Notes: a model not told the origin generated them from the letters alone. DNA of 64,000 bases from a bacterium (GCA_030641525.1 DAOWHH010000016.1:1073-65072), one strand, 5' to 3'; counted from the stretch's first letter, positions 29,052-39,973 are shown. Numbers and translations are program-made.

Positions 29052-31202
29052 ATGAACGACAAATTTTTAAAACCCTATAATCCGCAAGAAACTGAAAAAA
29101 GAATCTATGAATTTTGGGAAAAAAGTGGATTTTTTAATCCTGATAATCTTCCCCAAAGACACAAAGATCCTTTTACTATTATTATGCCCCCTCCTAATGC
29201 TAATGGTTCCCTTCATTCGGGACATGCTCTTTTTGTAGCTCTTGAAGACCTGATGGTTAGGTATAAAAGAATGAGAGGATATAAAACTTTATGGCTTCCT
29301 GGAGCAGATCATGCTGGTTTTGAAACTCAAGTAGTTTACGAAAAGAAATTGGAAAAAGAAGGTCGTTCTCGTTTCAAAATGGATCCAAAAGAACTTTATG
29401 ACGAAATAATGGAATTCACTTTGAGTAATAAAAGTTTTATGGAAGGACAAGTGCGTTCTCTTGGAGCTTCCTGTGATTGGTCACGAGAAAGATTTACTTT
29501 AGAACCTGAAATCAAAAAAATTGTTTACGGTACTTTCAAAAAACTTTCTGATGATAAATTACTTTATCGTGGAAAAAGAATTGTAAATTGGTGTTCTAAA
29601 CATCAAACCTCCTTATCAGAATTAGAAACTGAATCAATAGAACAAGAAGATAAATTCTATTATTTTCAATATGGACCTTTCCAAATAGGAACCACCCGAC
29701 CTGAAACTAAATTTGGCGATAAATACGTTGTGGTTCATCCTGATGATGAAAGATATAAACAATATAAAGATGGACAGAAATTTGATTTAGAATGGGTAAA
29801 TGGACCAATTACAGCCACTCTCATTAAAGATGATGTAATAGATATGGAATTTGGAACAGGAGCTATGACTATCACACCTTGGCATGATCCTGTTGATTTT
29901 GAAATTGCCCAAAGACATAATTTAGAATACGAACAAATTATTGATTTTCATGGAAAAATGCTTCCGATTGCAGGACAAGAATTTGAAGGTAAAAATATCA
30001 AAGACGCCCGAGAATTGATAATTAAAAAATTAGATGAAAAAGGTTTATTAGTAAAAACCGACGAAAATTTTAAGCACAGTATTAAAATTTGTTATAAATG
30101 TAACCGCCCCATAGAACCTCAAATAAAAGCTCAATGGTTTATTAAAATGCAACCATTGGCTCAAAAAGCAATGGAAGCTGTGAAAAATAAAAAAATTAAT
30201 TTCGTTACAGAAAGACACGAAAAAATATTTTTCCATTGGCTAGAAAATATAAGAGATTGGAATATCTCTAGACAAATAATTTGGGGAATTCCTATTCCTG
30301 CTAAAATTTGCAAAAAATGCAACGAAGGAATCGTTGATTTAGATAATATTATTTCAAAATGTCCAAAATGTAATAATGAAGTAGAAAAAGACCCTGACAC
30401 TTTTGATACATGGTTTTCCTCCGGACAATGGCCTTTTGCTACTCTTAATTACCCAGATGGAGATGATTTCAAAAACTTCTATCCTACCGATGTAATGGAA
30501 ACAGGTCATGATATCCTATTCTTTTGGGTAGCTAGAATGATTATGTTAGGGATTTACCGTACCAATGAAATTCCATTCAAAAACATTTATTTACACGGAA
30601 TGGTTAGAGATGCTAAAGGTAAGAAAATGAGTAAATCCAAAGGAAATGTAATCAATCCCCTAGATATGAGCGAAAAATTTGGAACAGACGCCTTGAGAAT
30701 GTCACTAATTGTTGGCAACACCCCTGGAACAGATATGAATCTTTCCGAAGACAAAATCCGAGCTTACAAAAAATTTGCTAATAAATTATGGAATATTAGT
30801 CGTTTTATTCTTGAAAATATTGATGATTCCAAAGAAATTGATTTACAATCTGATGAATTAAATAAATTAAGAAAGACAGATTCTGAATTACAAAAACTTC
30901 AAAAATTAACTTTGGATATCACTGATGATATGGAAAATTATCGTTTCTATATGGCTAGTGAAAAGATTTATCATTATGTATGGCATGAATTTGCAGATAA
31001 AATAATAGAAGAAAGTAAATTAAAGATAAATAACCAAAAAGATGAAAACATAAATGAAATTAAATTAATATTATTAGAAATATTGCAAAATGTGTTAAAA
31101 TTACTACATCCTTTTATGCCCTTTATCACAGAAGAAATTTGGACCGAATTACCTATTAAAAATAAGAAATATCTAATTATTGAAGAATGGACTAATGTTT
31201 AA
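29052..31202 (+). CDS. valS: Valine--tRNA ligase (compact form)
   Basis: 716 aa. N-terminus YNPQETEKRIYEFWEKSGFF and HIGH-type PPPNANGSLHSGHAL, plus KMSKS. Matches ValRS architecture without the C-terminal coiled coil. Confidence 0.85.
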   Translation: MNDKFLKPYNPQETEKRIYEFWEKSGFFNPDNLPQRHKDPFTIIMPPPNANGSLHSGHALFVALEDLMVRYKRMRGYKTLWLPGADHAGFETQVVYEKKLEKEGRSRFKMDPKELYDEIMEFTLSNKSFMEGQVRSLGASCDWSRERFTLEPEIKKIVYGTFKKLSDDKLLYRGKRIVNWCSKHQTSLSELETESIEQEDKFYYFQYGPFQIGTTRPETKFGDKYVVVHPDDERYKQYKDGQKFDLEWVNGPITATLIKDDVIDMEFGTGAMTITPWHDPVDFEIAQRHNLEYEQIIDFHGKMLPIAGQEFEGKNIKDARELIIKKLDEKGLLVKTDENFKHSIKICYKCNRPIEPQIKAQWFIKMQPLAQKAMEAVKNKKINFVTERHEKIFFHWLENIRDWNISRQIIWGIPIPAKICKKCNEGIVDLDNIISKCPKCNNEVEKDPDTFDTWFSSGQWPFATLNYPDGDDFKNFYPTDVMETGHDILFFWVARMIMLGIYRTNEIPFKNIYLHGMVRDAKGKKMSKSKGNVINPLDMSEKFGTDALRMSLIVGNTPGTDMNLSEDKIRAYKKFANKLWNISRFILENIDDSKEIDLQSDELNKLRKTDSELQKLQKLTLDITDDMENYRFYMASEKIYHYVWHEFADKIIEESKLKINNQKDENINEIKLILLEILQNVLKLLHPFMPFITEEIWTELPIKNKKYLIIEEWTNV

Positions 31203-31917
31203 TATATTAATAACAAATCACTTAATTCTTTATCCATTATTAGGAGGTCTTTTACCAACAATTATTTGGCTTTGGTTTTGGTTAAAAGAAGATAAACTCA
31301 ACCCTGAACCTAAAAAATATATCTTTTATTCATTTATTATTGGAATGATAACAGCTCTTTTAGTTTTACCACTAGAAGGACTTATTATAAAATATTTTCC
31401 TTATACCGGTCTATTAACAATTATATTATTATCATCCTCCGAAGAATTATTTAAGTATTTTGGAGCATATTTCAGCGCTCTTAGAAAGAAATATATGGAT
31501 GAACCTATTGATGCTGTTGTGTATTTAATCACAGTAGCTCTTGGATTTGCTGCTTTAGAAAATTCACTTTTTGTAATAAGTACCATAAAATCCATTGATT
31601 TTAATCTTACTAAAACAATTTTAGTAAGCGATATGCGCTTTATGGGAGCTACTTTACTCCATATTCTATCTTCTGGAGTTATAGGTTTATTTATTGCTTT
31701 ATCTTTTTATAAAAGTAAAATCCTTAAAATTAGTTATTTATTTTTTGGACTTATCCTCTCTATAATATTGCACTCAACTTTTAACTTTTTTATAATTAAA
31801 GAAGGTGATGATGGTATATTTATTATTTTTATGATTACATGGATAGCAATAATTATTCTAATTCTTTCTCTAGAAAAAGTTAAACGCCTAGGTAGAAATA
31901 ATTTAAAACTAAATTAA
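31180..31917 (+). CDS. PrsW-family intramembrane protease-like protein
   Basis: 245 aa, polytopic. SSSEELFKYFGAYF and AALENSLF resemble PrsW motifs. Confidence 0.55.
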   Translation: MKNGLMFNILITNHLILYPLLGGLLPTIIWLWFWLKEDKLNPEPKKYIFYSFIIGMITALLVLPLEGLIIKYFPYTGLLTIILLSSSEELFKYFGAYFSALRKKYMDEPIDAVVYLITVALGFAALENSLFVISTIKSIDFNLTKTILVSDMRFMGATLLHILSSGVIGLFIALSFYKSKILKISYLFFGLILSIILHSTFNFFIIKEGDDGIFIIFMITWIAIIILILSLEKVKRLGRNNLKLN

Positions 31918-31959
31918 TAAAATCTAATACTTTTATAAATAATTGATTAAAAAAAATAT

Positions 31960-32418
31960 ATGAAATCTTTTTTTGACAAATTAACCGGTACAAATAATTT
32001 AGACAAAGAAATAGATGAGTTAATAGATTTTGAAAATGATAATAATGGAAACAATAACTCATCTCTATCTTCTAAAGAAGAAGATAATTATAAAGAAGGA
32101 GAATTGGCTGTGGATATTTATGACGAAGGAGAAAATATAATTGTAAAAGCAATGATAGCAGGAGTTAAACCCGAAGATTTAGATGTGTCTATAACAAGAG
32201 ATATGATAACCATCCACGGTTCTCGTCATGAAGAAAAAGAAATGTCTAAAGATAATTATCATCAACAAGAATTATATTGGGGCTCTTTTTCTAGAACAAT
32301 AATGCTACCAGCTGAAGTTGATATAAGTGAATCAGAAGCACATGAAAAACACGGACTTTTAATCCTAACATTACCAAAGGTAGATAAAGAAAAGAGAACA
32401 AAATTAAAAATTAGATAA
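31960..32418 (+). CDS. Hsp20/alpha-crystallin family small heat shock protein
   Basis: 152 aa. Alpha-crystallin domain (ELAVDIYDEGENIIVKAMIAGVKPEDLDVSI ... GLLILTLPK). Confidence 0.8.
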   Translation: MKSFFDKLTGTNNLDKEIDELIDFENDNNGNNNSSLSSKEEDNYKEGELAVDIYDEGENIIVKAMIAGVKPEDLDVSITRDMITIHGSRHEEKEMSKDNYHQQELYWGSFSRTIMLPAEVDISESEAHEKHGLLILTLPKVDKEKRTKLKIR

Positions 32419-32450
32419 ATAGAAATTTAAACAAAGAGTAAAATTGAAAA

Positions 32451-32480
32451 GGCGACCGCTTTGCGGTCGCCTTTTTGTTT
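32451..32480 (+). terminator. Intrinsic terminator after hsp20
   Basis: GGCGACCGC-TTT-GCGGTCGCC hairpin followed by a T-run. Confidence 0.65.
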
Positions 32481-32506
32481 TAGACAAAACAAACTTTCTT
32501 TTGAAA

Positions 32507-33559
32507 TTAATATATGTATAACCTCTTATACCGTTTATGCTCTTCAAAATCTTCGGAATAATACATATTCCCCTGCCTATCAGATAGATAAAACAAATAA
32601 TTTGATTCAATAGGTGTCACAGCAGCCAAAAGCGAATATATACTAGGATTAGCAATTGGACCTATCGGTAAACCCTTATTAGCATAAGTATTATAAGGAG
32701 AATCCACTTTAAGATCCTCTAAAGATAATTGATAAGTATTTTTTCCGTTAATATATGGAAAAACAGCATCTACTTGAAGAGGCATATTAATATCTATTCT
32801 TTTCCATAGAATACCAGAAATTATTTGTTTTGATTTTAAGGTTCTTGCTTCTTTTTCCAAAAGAGAAGCCATTATTACAATCTCTTCTAATGTTTTTCCT
32901 GAGTCTTCAATCTGTTCAGCAATCTCTTCTATCCTGGTATCAAAATTATCTTTCATAGTTTTAATTACAGTTCTAGGAGTAACATTTGGTAAAAAATAAT
33001 ATGTATCAGGAAACAAAAAACCTTCTTCATCTTCAGCTAATCTAATAAATTTATCTTTATTGAATTTATCAAATTTATTACTTAAAACATCAGCAATATC
33101 ATAAATAGTATAGCCTTCTAAAATAGTCACTCTAGTAGGGCTTATACCCCACACACCCCGTATTGTTTTCCAAACTATTGAAATCACAGAATAGTCCTTA
33201 CCGAAAACATAATCCCCTGCCATCACTCCTTTTCCTCTTATAGACAATCTAGTCAAGAACATATACATAGAAGTTGATTTTATTACATTCTCTTCCTTAA
33301 GATGTTCAGCAATCTCACTTAAAGTCTTTCCCTCTTCTATACTTACAAAAGAACCTTTAGGAAAATCAGACGGGGCTTTAATAAGATAAAAATTTAATAA
33401 AGTAATAGTCGTTAAAATAACAATAATTGATATCAATCTTTTTCTTGTTAATTTTGGAGCACACCAATTTATACAAAAAGAAACACACCTATTTTTAATA
33501 TAGGGTTTATTAAAAAGACTTTTTAAGTTTCTTGGGTTATAATTTTTAAAATTAATCAT
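32507..33559 (-). CDS. mltG: Endolytic murein transglycosylase MltG (YceG-like)
   Basis: 350 aa. N-terminal TM segment and a YceG-like domain. The true start may be an internal Met. Confidence 0.7.
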   Translation of the reverse strand: MINFKNYNPRNLKSLFNKPYIKNRCVSFCINWCAPKLTRKRLISIIVILTTITLLNFYLIKAPSDFPKGSFVSIEEGKTLSEIAEHLKEENVIKSTSMYMFLTRLSIRGKGVMAGDYVFGKDYSVISIVWKTIRGVWGISPTRVTILEGYTIYDIADVLSNKFDKFNKDKFIRLAEDEEGFLFPDTYYFLPNVTPRTVIKTMKDNFDTRIEEIAEQIEDSGKTLEEIVIMASLLEKEARTLKSKQIISGILWKRIDINMPLQVDAVFPYINGKNTYQLSLEDLKVDSPYNTYANKGLPIGPIANPSIYSLLAAVTPIESNYLFYLSDRQGNMYYSEDFEEHKRYKRLYIY

Positions 33560-33574
33560 ACTATAGATTAGTTA

Positions 33575-33720
33575 AAAGTTCATAAAGTTCATAAAGCTGA
33601 AAGTCCGCCTCAGGAGGGTCAAAAGTTTTTTAAGAAAAATCGCTTTGCGATTTTTCTTACCTGCCTGCCGGTAGGCAGGCTTTATGAACTTTCAACTTTT
33701 TACTTTTAACTTGACTTAAT
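33575..33720. repeat. Large palindromic intergenic element around AAGAAAAATCGCTTTGCGATTTTTCTT
   Basis: Arms built of CATAAAGTT and CATAAAGCT words (left) and AAGCCTGCCTACCGGCAGGCAGG...CTTTATGAACTTT (right), with a second hairpin CCTGCCTGCCGGTAGGCAGG. Confidence 0.7.
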
Positions 33721-33731
33721 TTTTACAAAAA

Positions 33732-34988
33732 TTAAGTCGGTAAATCAAAAGGTGCTTCTGCTTTCTTTGACATCAAACGAGAAAAAGTAGGTGTTTGCGA
33801 TACCCCTCCTGGAAAATGAAAAATTGTGGCTAATTCTTCTGTATTGAGAACAAAGGATCCACGATCACCTGAAAATGCTCTTCGTTTATACTCATTTACT
33901 ATTTTTCTTTGATTATTACGCTCTCTAATACCTCTAAAATCTTCCCATGGGTAATCAAAGCCAGTTGCCCATGCAGGACTAAAGCCATTCAAATCTAATG
34001 AATTATATTGCTTAAAAGCTCCTAATAATCCCATAATATTAATAGGATCAAATTTCCCATTTTCAGCAAAATAAATTCCACGAATATTACAATCAAAACT
34101 TAATTTTGAAATATTCCTTTCTATAGCTCCTATAATATTAGCCTCTCCTTTTGTCGGAATCCTCATACCTTTGCTGGGATCCTTTGGATCAAGATAAGTT
34201 TTTTTCATTAAATTTTTAATCTCTTCTTCTCCTTGTTCTTTCCAAGATTCTGTTTTAGTTAATTCTAATTTACTTAATCTTTCATTCCAAGCTAATTTTA
34301 CTCTTCTTTCTTTTTTATGAGCTTTCACAATAATCTGAAACCAAACTTGCTGACCTTGACCAATAGAACCTAAAAATTCAATGATAGGGGTAATAGGATC
34401 AACTTTTTCCTCTTCTTTCACCCCAGGTTTTTCCATACTATAATCAACATAAGTTTTTATAGGATAAAAATCCGCCTTACTTAATTTATATTCCAAACCC
34501 CATAAAGCCAATGATTTAGGATCAAATTTAATAAAATTAGTGTAATTAGGAACTTCAAATATTTCTATATCAGGATATTGAGCATAAATTTGAGATTCAA
34601 TTAAATTTTTCCATATACCTCTTGTCCATATAAAAAATTTAACTTGACCTTCAAAAGACACCATTTCCAAAGAAAAAGTTGGTCTGGATTTACCATTAAT
34701 ATATTTAGCTATCCAAGTACTTTCTCCTGATGTCACAAAAAGAGTATTCAAAAAAAGTTCCATCGCCTGAGGTGTCTTTCTTATCTCTGTCGGTAACCTT
34801 ATCTCAAGAAGTTTATAATTCTGCTTATTAGAAAATTTTGTCGTAATATAATCCATCCATTTGTTCCACAGAATAATCACTAAAAAAAACGGTAACCATA
34901 AAGGTAATAATAAATACAATATATTTATAGTTTCACCTACTAAACCTTCAAAAGTATTAGGTAAAATTGCTACAAAAGTTTCTAACAT
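33732..34988 (-). CDS. Hypothetical membrane-associated protein
   Basis: 418 aa with an N-terminal hydrophobic region and no motif recognised. Confidence 0.4.
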   Translation of the reverse strand: MLETFVAILPNTFEGLVGETINILYLLLPLWLPFFLVIILWNKWMDYITTKFSNKQNYKLLEIRLPTEIRKTPQAMELFLNTLFVTSGESTWIAKYINGKSRPTFSLEMVSFEGQVKFFIWTRGIWKNLIESQIYAQYPDIEIFEVPNYTNFIKFDPKSLALWGLEYKLSKADFYPIKTYVDYSMEKPGVKEEEKVDPITPIIEFLGSIGQGQQVWFQIIVKAHKKERRVKLAWNERLSKLELTKTESWKEQGEEEIKNLMKKTYLDPKDPSKGMRIPTKGEANIIGAIERNISKLSFDCNIRGIYFAENGKFDPINIMGLLGAFKQYNSLDLNGFSPAWATGFDYPWEDFRGIRERNNQRKIVNEYKRRAFSGDRGSFVLNTEELATIFHFPGGVSQTPTFSRLMSKKAEAPFDLPT

Positions 34989-35050
34989 ATAATTTATATT
35001 TTACTATAAAAACAAAATTAAAAATAACTAAACTGTATATAGTAAAAACA

Positions 35051-35103
35051 AAAATCGGCTATACGATAGCCATAGGCTATCGTATAGCCGATTTTTGTTT
35101 TTT
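35051..35103. terminator. Bidirectional terminator-like palindrome (GGCTATACGATAGCC / GGCTATCGTATAGCC)
   Basis: A5-TCGGCTATACGATAGCC-ATA-GGCTATCGTATAGCCGA-T5. Related hairpins are at 17267-17298, 39919-39970 and 43128-43178. Confidence 0.6.
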
Positions 35104-35106
35104 ATA

Positions 35107-36252
35107 TTATTTAGAAATTAAAGAATATTTTCCATTAGAATTTTTCTTGAAAAAATCACTATTTTGAAGATTAACCAAAATTGTATTTTCTTTAACATAT
35201 CTTTCTCTCAAAACCTTTTCTATAATATCTTCTTTAGCTAAAGGACCATTTTTCTTTAAAATATCCCTAACAACATCTTTTACTATCCCTTTAGAATAAC
35301 CCCATTCTGATAGACCATAAAGACCTCGTCCTACCAAAACAAATCTTTCATCTTTTATCAACTCATTATGACAAGTAGCAGTATGTACTTTTTTACCAAA
35401 ATGTTTACTTATCATTTTAGCTACTTCTGTAAAATGCATAGGTGAACCATTCTGTCTAACAATTAAATAAGCATGACCTCTAACTCCTCTAATTTTTATA
35501 TTTTGAGACATTGCTAACCCCCATTCACCAAAAGGATTTTTTGCTATAACTTTAGATAAATCTAACCATCTATTTACATATTCTTGATTAAATTCCTTTA
35601 TATTTTTAGATTTTTTAATTTCTTTTTTAACTAGAGACATTAAATCATCTTCGTTCATAAGATCATCACCATTAAATTTTTTATGAACATTATTTAAAAC
35701 ATCAGTAACATTATTTGATAATGTTTTATCAAGAAACCATCTTGCTTCAAATTCAGGTATATTTTTCTCTTTTATAAAAGAATTACTTAATATTAAGAAA
35801 AAATATAAATTATTTTGCTCTGACTTATTTTCTGATAAATATTCAAGCAAAGAATCTTCTGCCACAATACCTCCAATAGATTCAATAATAGTCATTAATT
35901 CTTTAAAAACATATTCGGCATCATTAAAACTTCCAGAATTACAAATATTCTTTAATGATTGGTTTTCTATCTGTCTTACTCTTTCTCTTGTAATATTATA
36001 TTTTTGACCTATAGATTCAAGAGTGTATCTTTTAGGATTATTACCTAAACCATATCTCTGTGTAATAATATCACGAGACCTTTCTGGTAGCTCAGAAAGA
36101 AATTGTTTAACTATTTGTTTTGAATTAAAATTCAACATAATTCTTATATTTTTATCATTTTTTATAGAAAAAGTCAAGAGTTTATTTAAACATCTTAGAA
36201 TTCCAATAAAATTTAATATTATATTAATATCATAACTTATGATATAAGTCAA
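35107..36252 (-). CDS. Protein with an N-terminal sigma-70 region-4-like HTH and an unknown C-terminal domain
   Basis: ERSRDIITQRYGLGNNPKRYTLESIGQKYNITRERVRQIENQSLKNI matches sigma-70 region 4. About 250 aa follow with no match. The real start is likely Met39 (about 36138). Confidence 0.5.
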   Translation of the reverse strand: MTYIISYDINIILNFIGILRCLNKLLTFSIKNDKNIRIMLNFNSKQIVKQFLSELPERSRDIITQRYGLGNNPKRYTLESIGQKYNITRERVRQIENQSLKNICNSGSFNDAEYVFKELMTIIESIGGIVAEDSLLEYLSENKSEQNNLYFFLILSNSFIKEKNIPEFEARWFLDKTLSNNVTDVLNNVHKKFNGDDLMNEDDLMSLVKKEIKKSKNIKEFNQEYVNRWLDLSKVIAKNPFGEWGLAMSQNIKIRGVRGHAYLIVRQNGSPMHFTEVAKMISKHFGKKVHTATCHNELIKDERFVLVGRGLYGLSEWGYSKGIVKDVVRDILKKNGPLAKEDIIEKVLRERYVKENTILVNLQNSDFFKKNSNGKYSLISK

Positions 36253-36258
36253 GAAATT

Positions 36259-38772
36259 TTAAATTACAATACTAAAGAGTTTATTTTCCACATAAATCGT
36301 CTTTTTAACCTTATTCTCTCCTATCCATTTTTGTATCTTTTCATCAGCTAAAACCACCTTTTCCAGATCTTTTTCGCTCGTTCCAGCCTTAATTTCCACT
36401 TCTGAGCGTATTTTTCCGTTTACTTGAATAGCAATCATATAAGTATCATCTTTAGCTAATTTAGCATCATATTTTGGCCATTCTTCCAAATGGATTGAAT
36501 TTGTATGTCCTAATTGATTCCAAATCTCTTCCGTAATATGAGGAGCAAAAGGAGCAAGAATTTTCAAAAATACTTCAAAAGATTCTTTAGAAATATTTTT
36601 CTTTTGTCCGACCGAAGGTTTAGGATTTTCTTCAATTACATTCACCAATTTCATCATTGAACTCACAGCAGTATTCAATTTAAATTCTTCTATATCTTCC
36701 TCAACTTTTTTAATAGTCTTATGTAATTCTCGGATAAGGTCTTCACCTGATTTAGAATCTTCTTTCCTAAAACATTTCCTATCGGAAATGTTCGGACGAA
36801 CCTCTTTGCTTTGCAAAGATGTTTTAGTCAGATTTTCAGAAATTTTCCAAATTTTTTCTAAAAATCTTCTAGCTCCTACCAAACCATTGGTACTCCAAGA
36901 TCCTGATTGACTAAAAGGTCCCATAAACATTTCATACACTCTCATTGAATCAGCCCCGAAAATTTCTACTATTTCATCTGGGTTAATTACATTCCCCCAC
37001 CTCTTACTCATCTTTCTTCCATCTTCAGCTAAAATCAAACCCACATGTTGTAATCTTTCAAATGGTTCATCATAATTTAACACTCCAATATCAAAAAGGA
37101 ATTTATGCCAAAATCGTGCATAAATTAAATGTCTAGTAGCATGTTCCGCTCCTCCTACATAAAAATCTACAGGTGACCAATATTTATCTTTATCTTTAGA
37201 TATTAATTCTTTATCATTTTTCGGATCAATATATCTTAAATAATACCAAGATGATCCGGCCCATTGAGGCATTGTATTTGTTTCTCTTTTTCCTTCTCCT
37301 CCACATTTTGGACAAGCCGTGTTTACCCATTCATCAATCCCAGCCAAAGGAGATTCCCCTGTCCCGGTTGGTTCATAATTTTTCACATCAGGTAATTCTA
37401 TCGGAAGTTCTTCTTCGGGAATAGGTACTGCTCCACATTTTTCACAGTGAATAATCGGAATTGGTTCTCCCCAATATCTTTGTCTAGAAAATACCCAATC
37501 TTGCAAACGATAATTTGTTGTTAATTTCCCTCCTACAAATTCTGTAATTTTTTGTTTAGCTTCTTCTGAAGATAGCCCATCAAATTGAGCTGAGTTTACT
37601 AATTCTCCATCTCCAGTATAAACTTTATTTTCCTCATCAGTCTGTGAAGATATAACCTGAGTGATAGGAAGATTATATTTTATTGCAAATTCGTTGTCTC
37701 GCTCGTCGTGAGCTGGCACAGCCATAATTGCTCCAGTTCCGTAACTACTTAAAACATAATCGGCAATGAAAATTGGAATTTCTTCATTATTTGCCCTAAA
37801 CCCTTCGGATCGGACGACAGCTGGATTGATAGCCGAAATTCCTTTAAGCTGAACTCCTGTTTTTTCTTTGGTTAAGTCTAACCTATCTATTTCTGATTTT
37901 TTCTGAGATTCTTTTTGATATTTTTCAACTTCCTCCCAATTTTTGATTTGATCTTTTAGTTCTTCAACCAATTTGTGTTCGGGAGACAAAACCATATAAG
38001 TTGCACCAAACAAAGTATCCGGTCTAGTTGTAAATACTTCTATTTCCTTTTCTAAATCTTTAATTTGGAATTTTATTCTAGCTCCTTCAGATTTTCCAAT
38101 CCAATTTCTCTGCATTTCTTTTATAGATTTATCCCAATTTGGTAATTTATCCAAATCCTGCAATAATCTTTCTGCGTAATCAGTAATTTTCAAAACCCAT
38201 TGTCGCATTGGTTTTTTTTCAATTTCACTATCGCATCTTTCACATCGCCCGTTTTCCAAATCTTCATTAGCCAAACCTGTTTTACAACTTGGACACCAAT
38301 TTATTGGTTCATAAGATTCATAAGCTAAACCTTTTTTAAACATTTGGATAAAAGCCCATTGAGTCCATTTATAAAATTTTGGATCAGTGGTATTTATTTC
38401 TCTATCCCAGTCATAAGAAAAACCTAATTTTCCTAATTGTTCTTTGAAAGTAGCTATATTTTTCTCAGTACTAGTTCGAGGATGTTCTTTATTTTTCAAA
38501 GCAAAATTTTCAGCTGGCAAGCCAAAAGCATCCCACCCCATCGGATGAAGCACATTAAAACCTTTCATTCTTTTGACTCGAGCAAAAATATCAGTTGCAA
38601 TATATCCCTTAGGATGTCCTACATGTAAACCAGCTCCAGATGGGTACGGAAACATATCTAGAATATAAAATTTTTCTTTATCAGAATCTTCAGAAGTTTT
38701 ATAAATCCCTTTTTCCTCCCAATCTTTAGCCCATTTTTTTTCTATTTTTTTATGATCGTATTTTTTCATCAA
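36259..38772 (-). CDS. leuS: Leucine--tRNA ligase
   Basis: 837 aa. FPYPSGAGLHVGHP HIGH region, editing domain and KMSKR. Confidence 0.9.
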   Translation of the reverse strand: MMKKYDHKKIEKKWAKDWEEKGIYKTSEDSDKEKFYILDMFPYPSGAGLHVGHPKGYIATDIFARVKRMKGFNVLHPMGWDAFGLPAENFALKNKEHPRTSTEKNIATFKEQLGKLGFSYDWDREINTTDPKFYKWTQWAFIQMFKKGLAYESYEPINWCPSCKTGLANEDLENGRCERCDSEIEKKPMRQWVLKITDYAERLLQDLDKLPNWDKSIKEMQRNWIGKSEGARIKFQIKDLEKEIEVFTTRPDTLFGATYMVLSPEHKLVEELKDQIKNWEEVEKYQKESQKKSEIDRLDLTKEKTGVQLKGISAINPAVVRSEGFRANNEEIPIFIADYVLSSYGTGAIMAVPAHDERDNEFAIKYNLPITQVISSQTDEENKVYTGDGELVNSAQFDGLSSEEAKQKITEFVGGKLTTNYRLQDWVFSRQRYWGEPIPIIHCEKCGAVPIPEEELPIELPDVKNYEPTGTGESPLAGIDEWVNTACPKCGGEGKRETNTMPQWAGSSWYYLRYIDPKNDKELISKDKDKYWSPVDFYVGGAEHATRHLIYARFWHKFLFDIGVLNYDEPFERLQHVGLILAEDGRKMSKRWGNVINPDEIVEIFGADSMRVYEMFMGPFSQSGSWSTNGLVGARRFLEKIWKISENLTKTSLQSKEVRPNISDRKCFRKEDSKSGEDLIRELHKTIKKVEEDIEEFKLNTAVSSMMKLVNVIEENPKPSVGQKKNISKESFEVFLKILAPFAPHITEEIWNQLGHTNSIHLEEWPKYDAKLAKDDTYMIAIQVNGKIRSEVEIKAGTSEKDLEKVVLADEKIQKWIGENKVKKTIYVENKLFSIVI

Positions 38773-38774
38773 TA

Positions 38775-38999
38775 TTATTTTCTATAAATTTTATTTAAAT
38801 CTATATCCTTTCCAATATAACAAGGAATTCCATAATAATCACAAGATGATTTATGTTCTTCAATAAATTTTTTATCTAACACTTGCTTTTTAGTCATTAC
38901 CCCAATTTCATCTCCACAAAAAGAAATATCTTCGGAAGTAATTTCATCCTTTATCACAAAATGTTTTCCTTTATAATTACTTAATTTAAATTCTTCCAT
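38775..38999 (-). CDS. Hypothetical small protein
   Basis: 74-aa ORF ending 2 bp before the leuS start. It contains a CGDE...C...C pattern. Confidence 0.3.
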   Translation of the reverse strand: MEEFKLSNYKGKHFVIKDEITSEDISFCGDEIGVMTKKQVLDKKFIEEHKSSCDYYGIPCYIGKDIDLNKIYRK

Positions 39000-39138
39000 A
39001 TTTTTACATATTTTACTTAATTAATTCAAAATTAGATACAATTCGAGGAGACGAGGAAAAATATTCTGAGCCTTACCACTGGTAAGGTGAAGAATATTTT
39101 TCCGAAGACGACAAAGAAGTGTGCTAATTTTAATTTAA

Positions 39139-39687
39139 TTATTCAGTGAATTTTTTTATTGCTAAGTACATCAATACAGCTAAAGCAATCCCAAGAATTA
39201 TCAAATGCAACCAATCACTTGCGTATTGCCAATACCTAATAGAAGCAATTACAAAAGATAGAACTCCACCTAAGGATAGAGCGATAGAAACTACTTCTTT
39301 ACCAATAGTTAAGAAACCAGCCACAACAGAAACTACACCTAATATAATCAACATTATGAAAACATTTTTCTCATAATTTTCTCTTGCTTCATCATATTCG
39401 TTATTACAAACGAAATTTAAATTACAATAACCTTTTGTTCTTCCTTCAATTCCAATAGGTATCTCTATACCTCTATCATAAATAACACCTATATTTTCAT
39501 CCCATTGACCTCCTTTTTCTAAACATTGTTCTTGATTATCTATTCTTTCAATTACTTGTTCTTTTTGACAAAAATCTTCATAAACAGGTTTAGGATAAGC
39601 AACTTTAATTGCATACAAAAAGAATAAATTTAACACTATTACTATTCCCACAATAAGAGGCCATTTTAAAATTTGTTTTGTTTTCAT
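39139..39687 (-). CDS. Hypothetical membrane protein
   Basis: 182 aa with N- and C-terminal TM helices and a Cys-containing central domain. Confidence 0.4.
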   Translation of the reverse strand: MKTKQILKWPLIVGIVIVLNLFFLYAIKVAYPKPVYEDFCQKEQVIERIDNQEQCLEKGGQWDENIGVIYDRGIEIPIGIEGRTKGYCNLNFVCNNEYDEARENYEKNVFIMLIILGVVSVVAGFLTIGKEVVSIALSLGGVLSFVIASIRYWQYASDWLHLIILGIALAVLMYLAIKKFTE

Positions 39688-39918
39688 AATATTATTTTAA
39701 TTAGTATTAATTAATCTAATATTATCAAATACACCCTTTTATTACAATAAATATATTGATTAACCAATAATTAATTAATATTCGGAGGCTCAGCCTCCGG
39801 ATATAGAAAAACCCAATTTGTTGTTAAAAAAGCCTCGCAGACACAATGTGTTTTGCGGGGATTAATTTTGTCTAAAAAACTAAAACTTGGACCTCCAAGG
39901 TCCAAGTAATAATAAATA

Positions 39919-39970
39919 AAAAAATCAGCTATCCTATAGCTAGTAGCTATAGGATAGCTGATTTTTTTAT
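39919..39970. terminator. Bidirectional terminator-like palindrome (CAGCTATCCTATAGC / GCTATAGGATAGCTG)
   Basis: A7-TCAGCTATCCTATAGC-TAGTA-GCTATAGGATAGCTGA-T8, sitting between ychF and the upstream gene. Confidence 0.6.
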
Positions 39971-39973
39971 TTA

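Noticed and set aside
31880-32062. Short ORFs at gene ends or in AT-rich spacers (31880-32062, 32404-32610, 34967-35167, 48827-49051, 55270-55470, 57603-57908, 61312-61563)
   Set aside because: They overlap terminators or neighbouring gene ends, lack start context, and have no motif.
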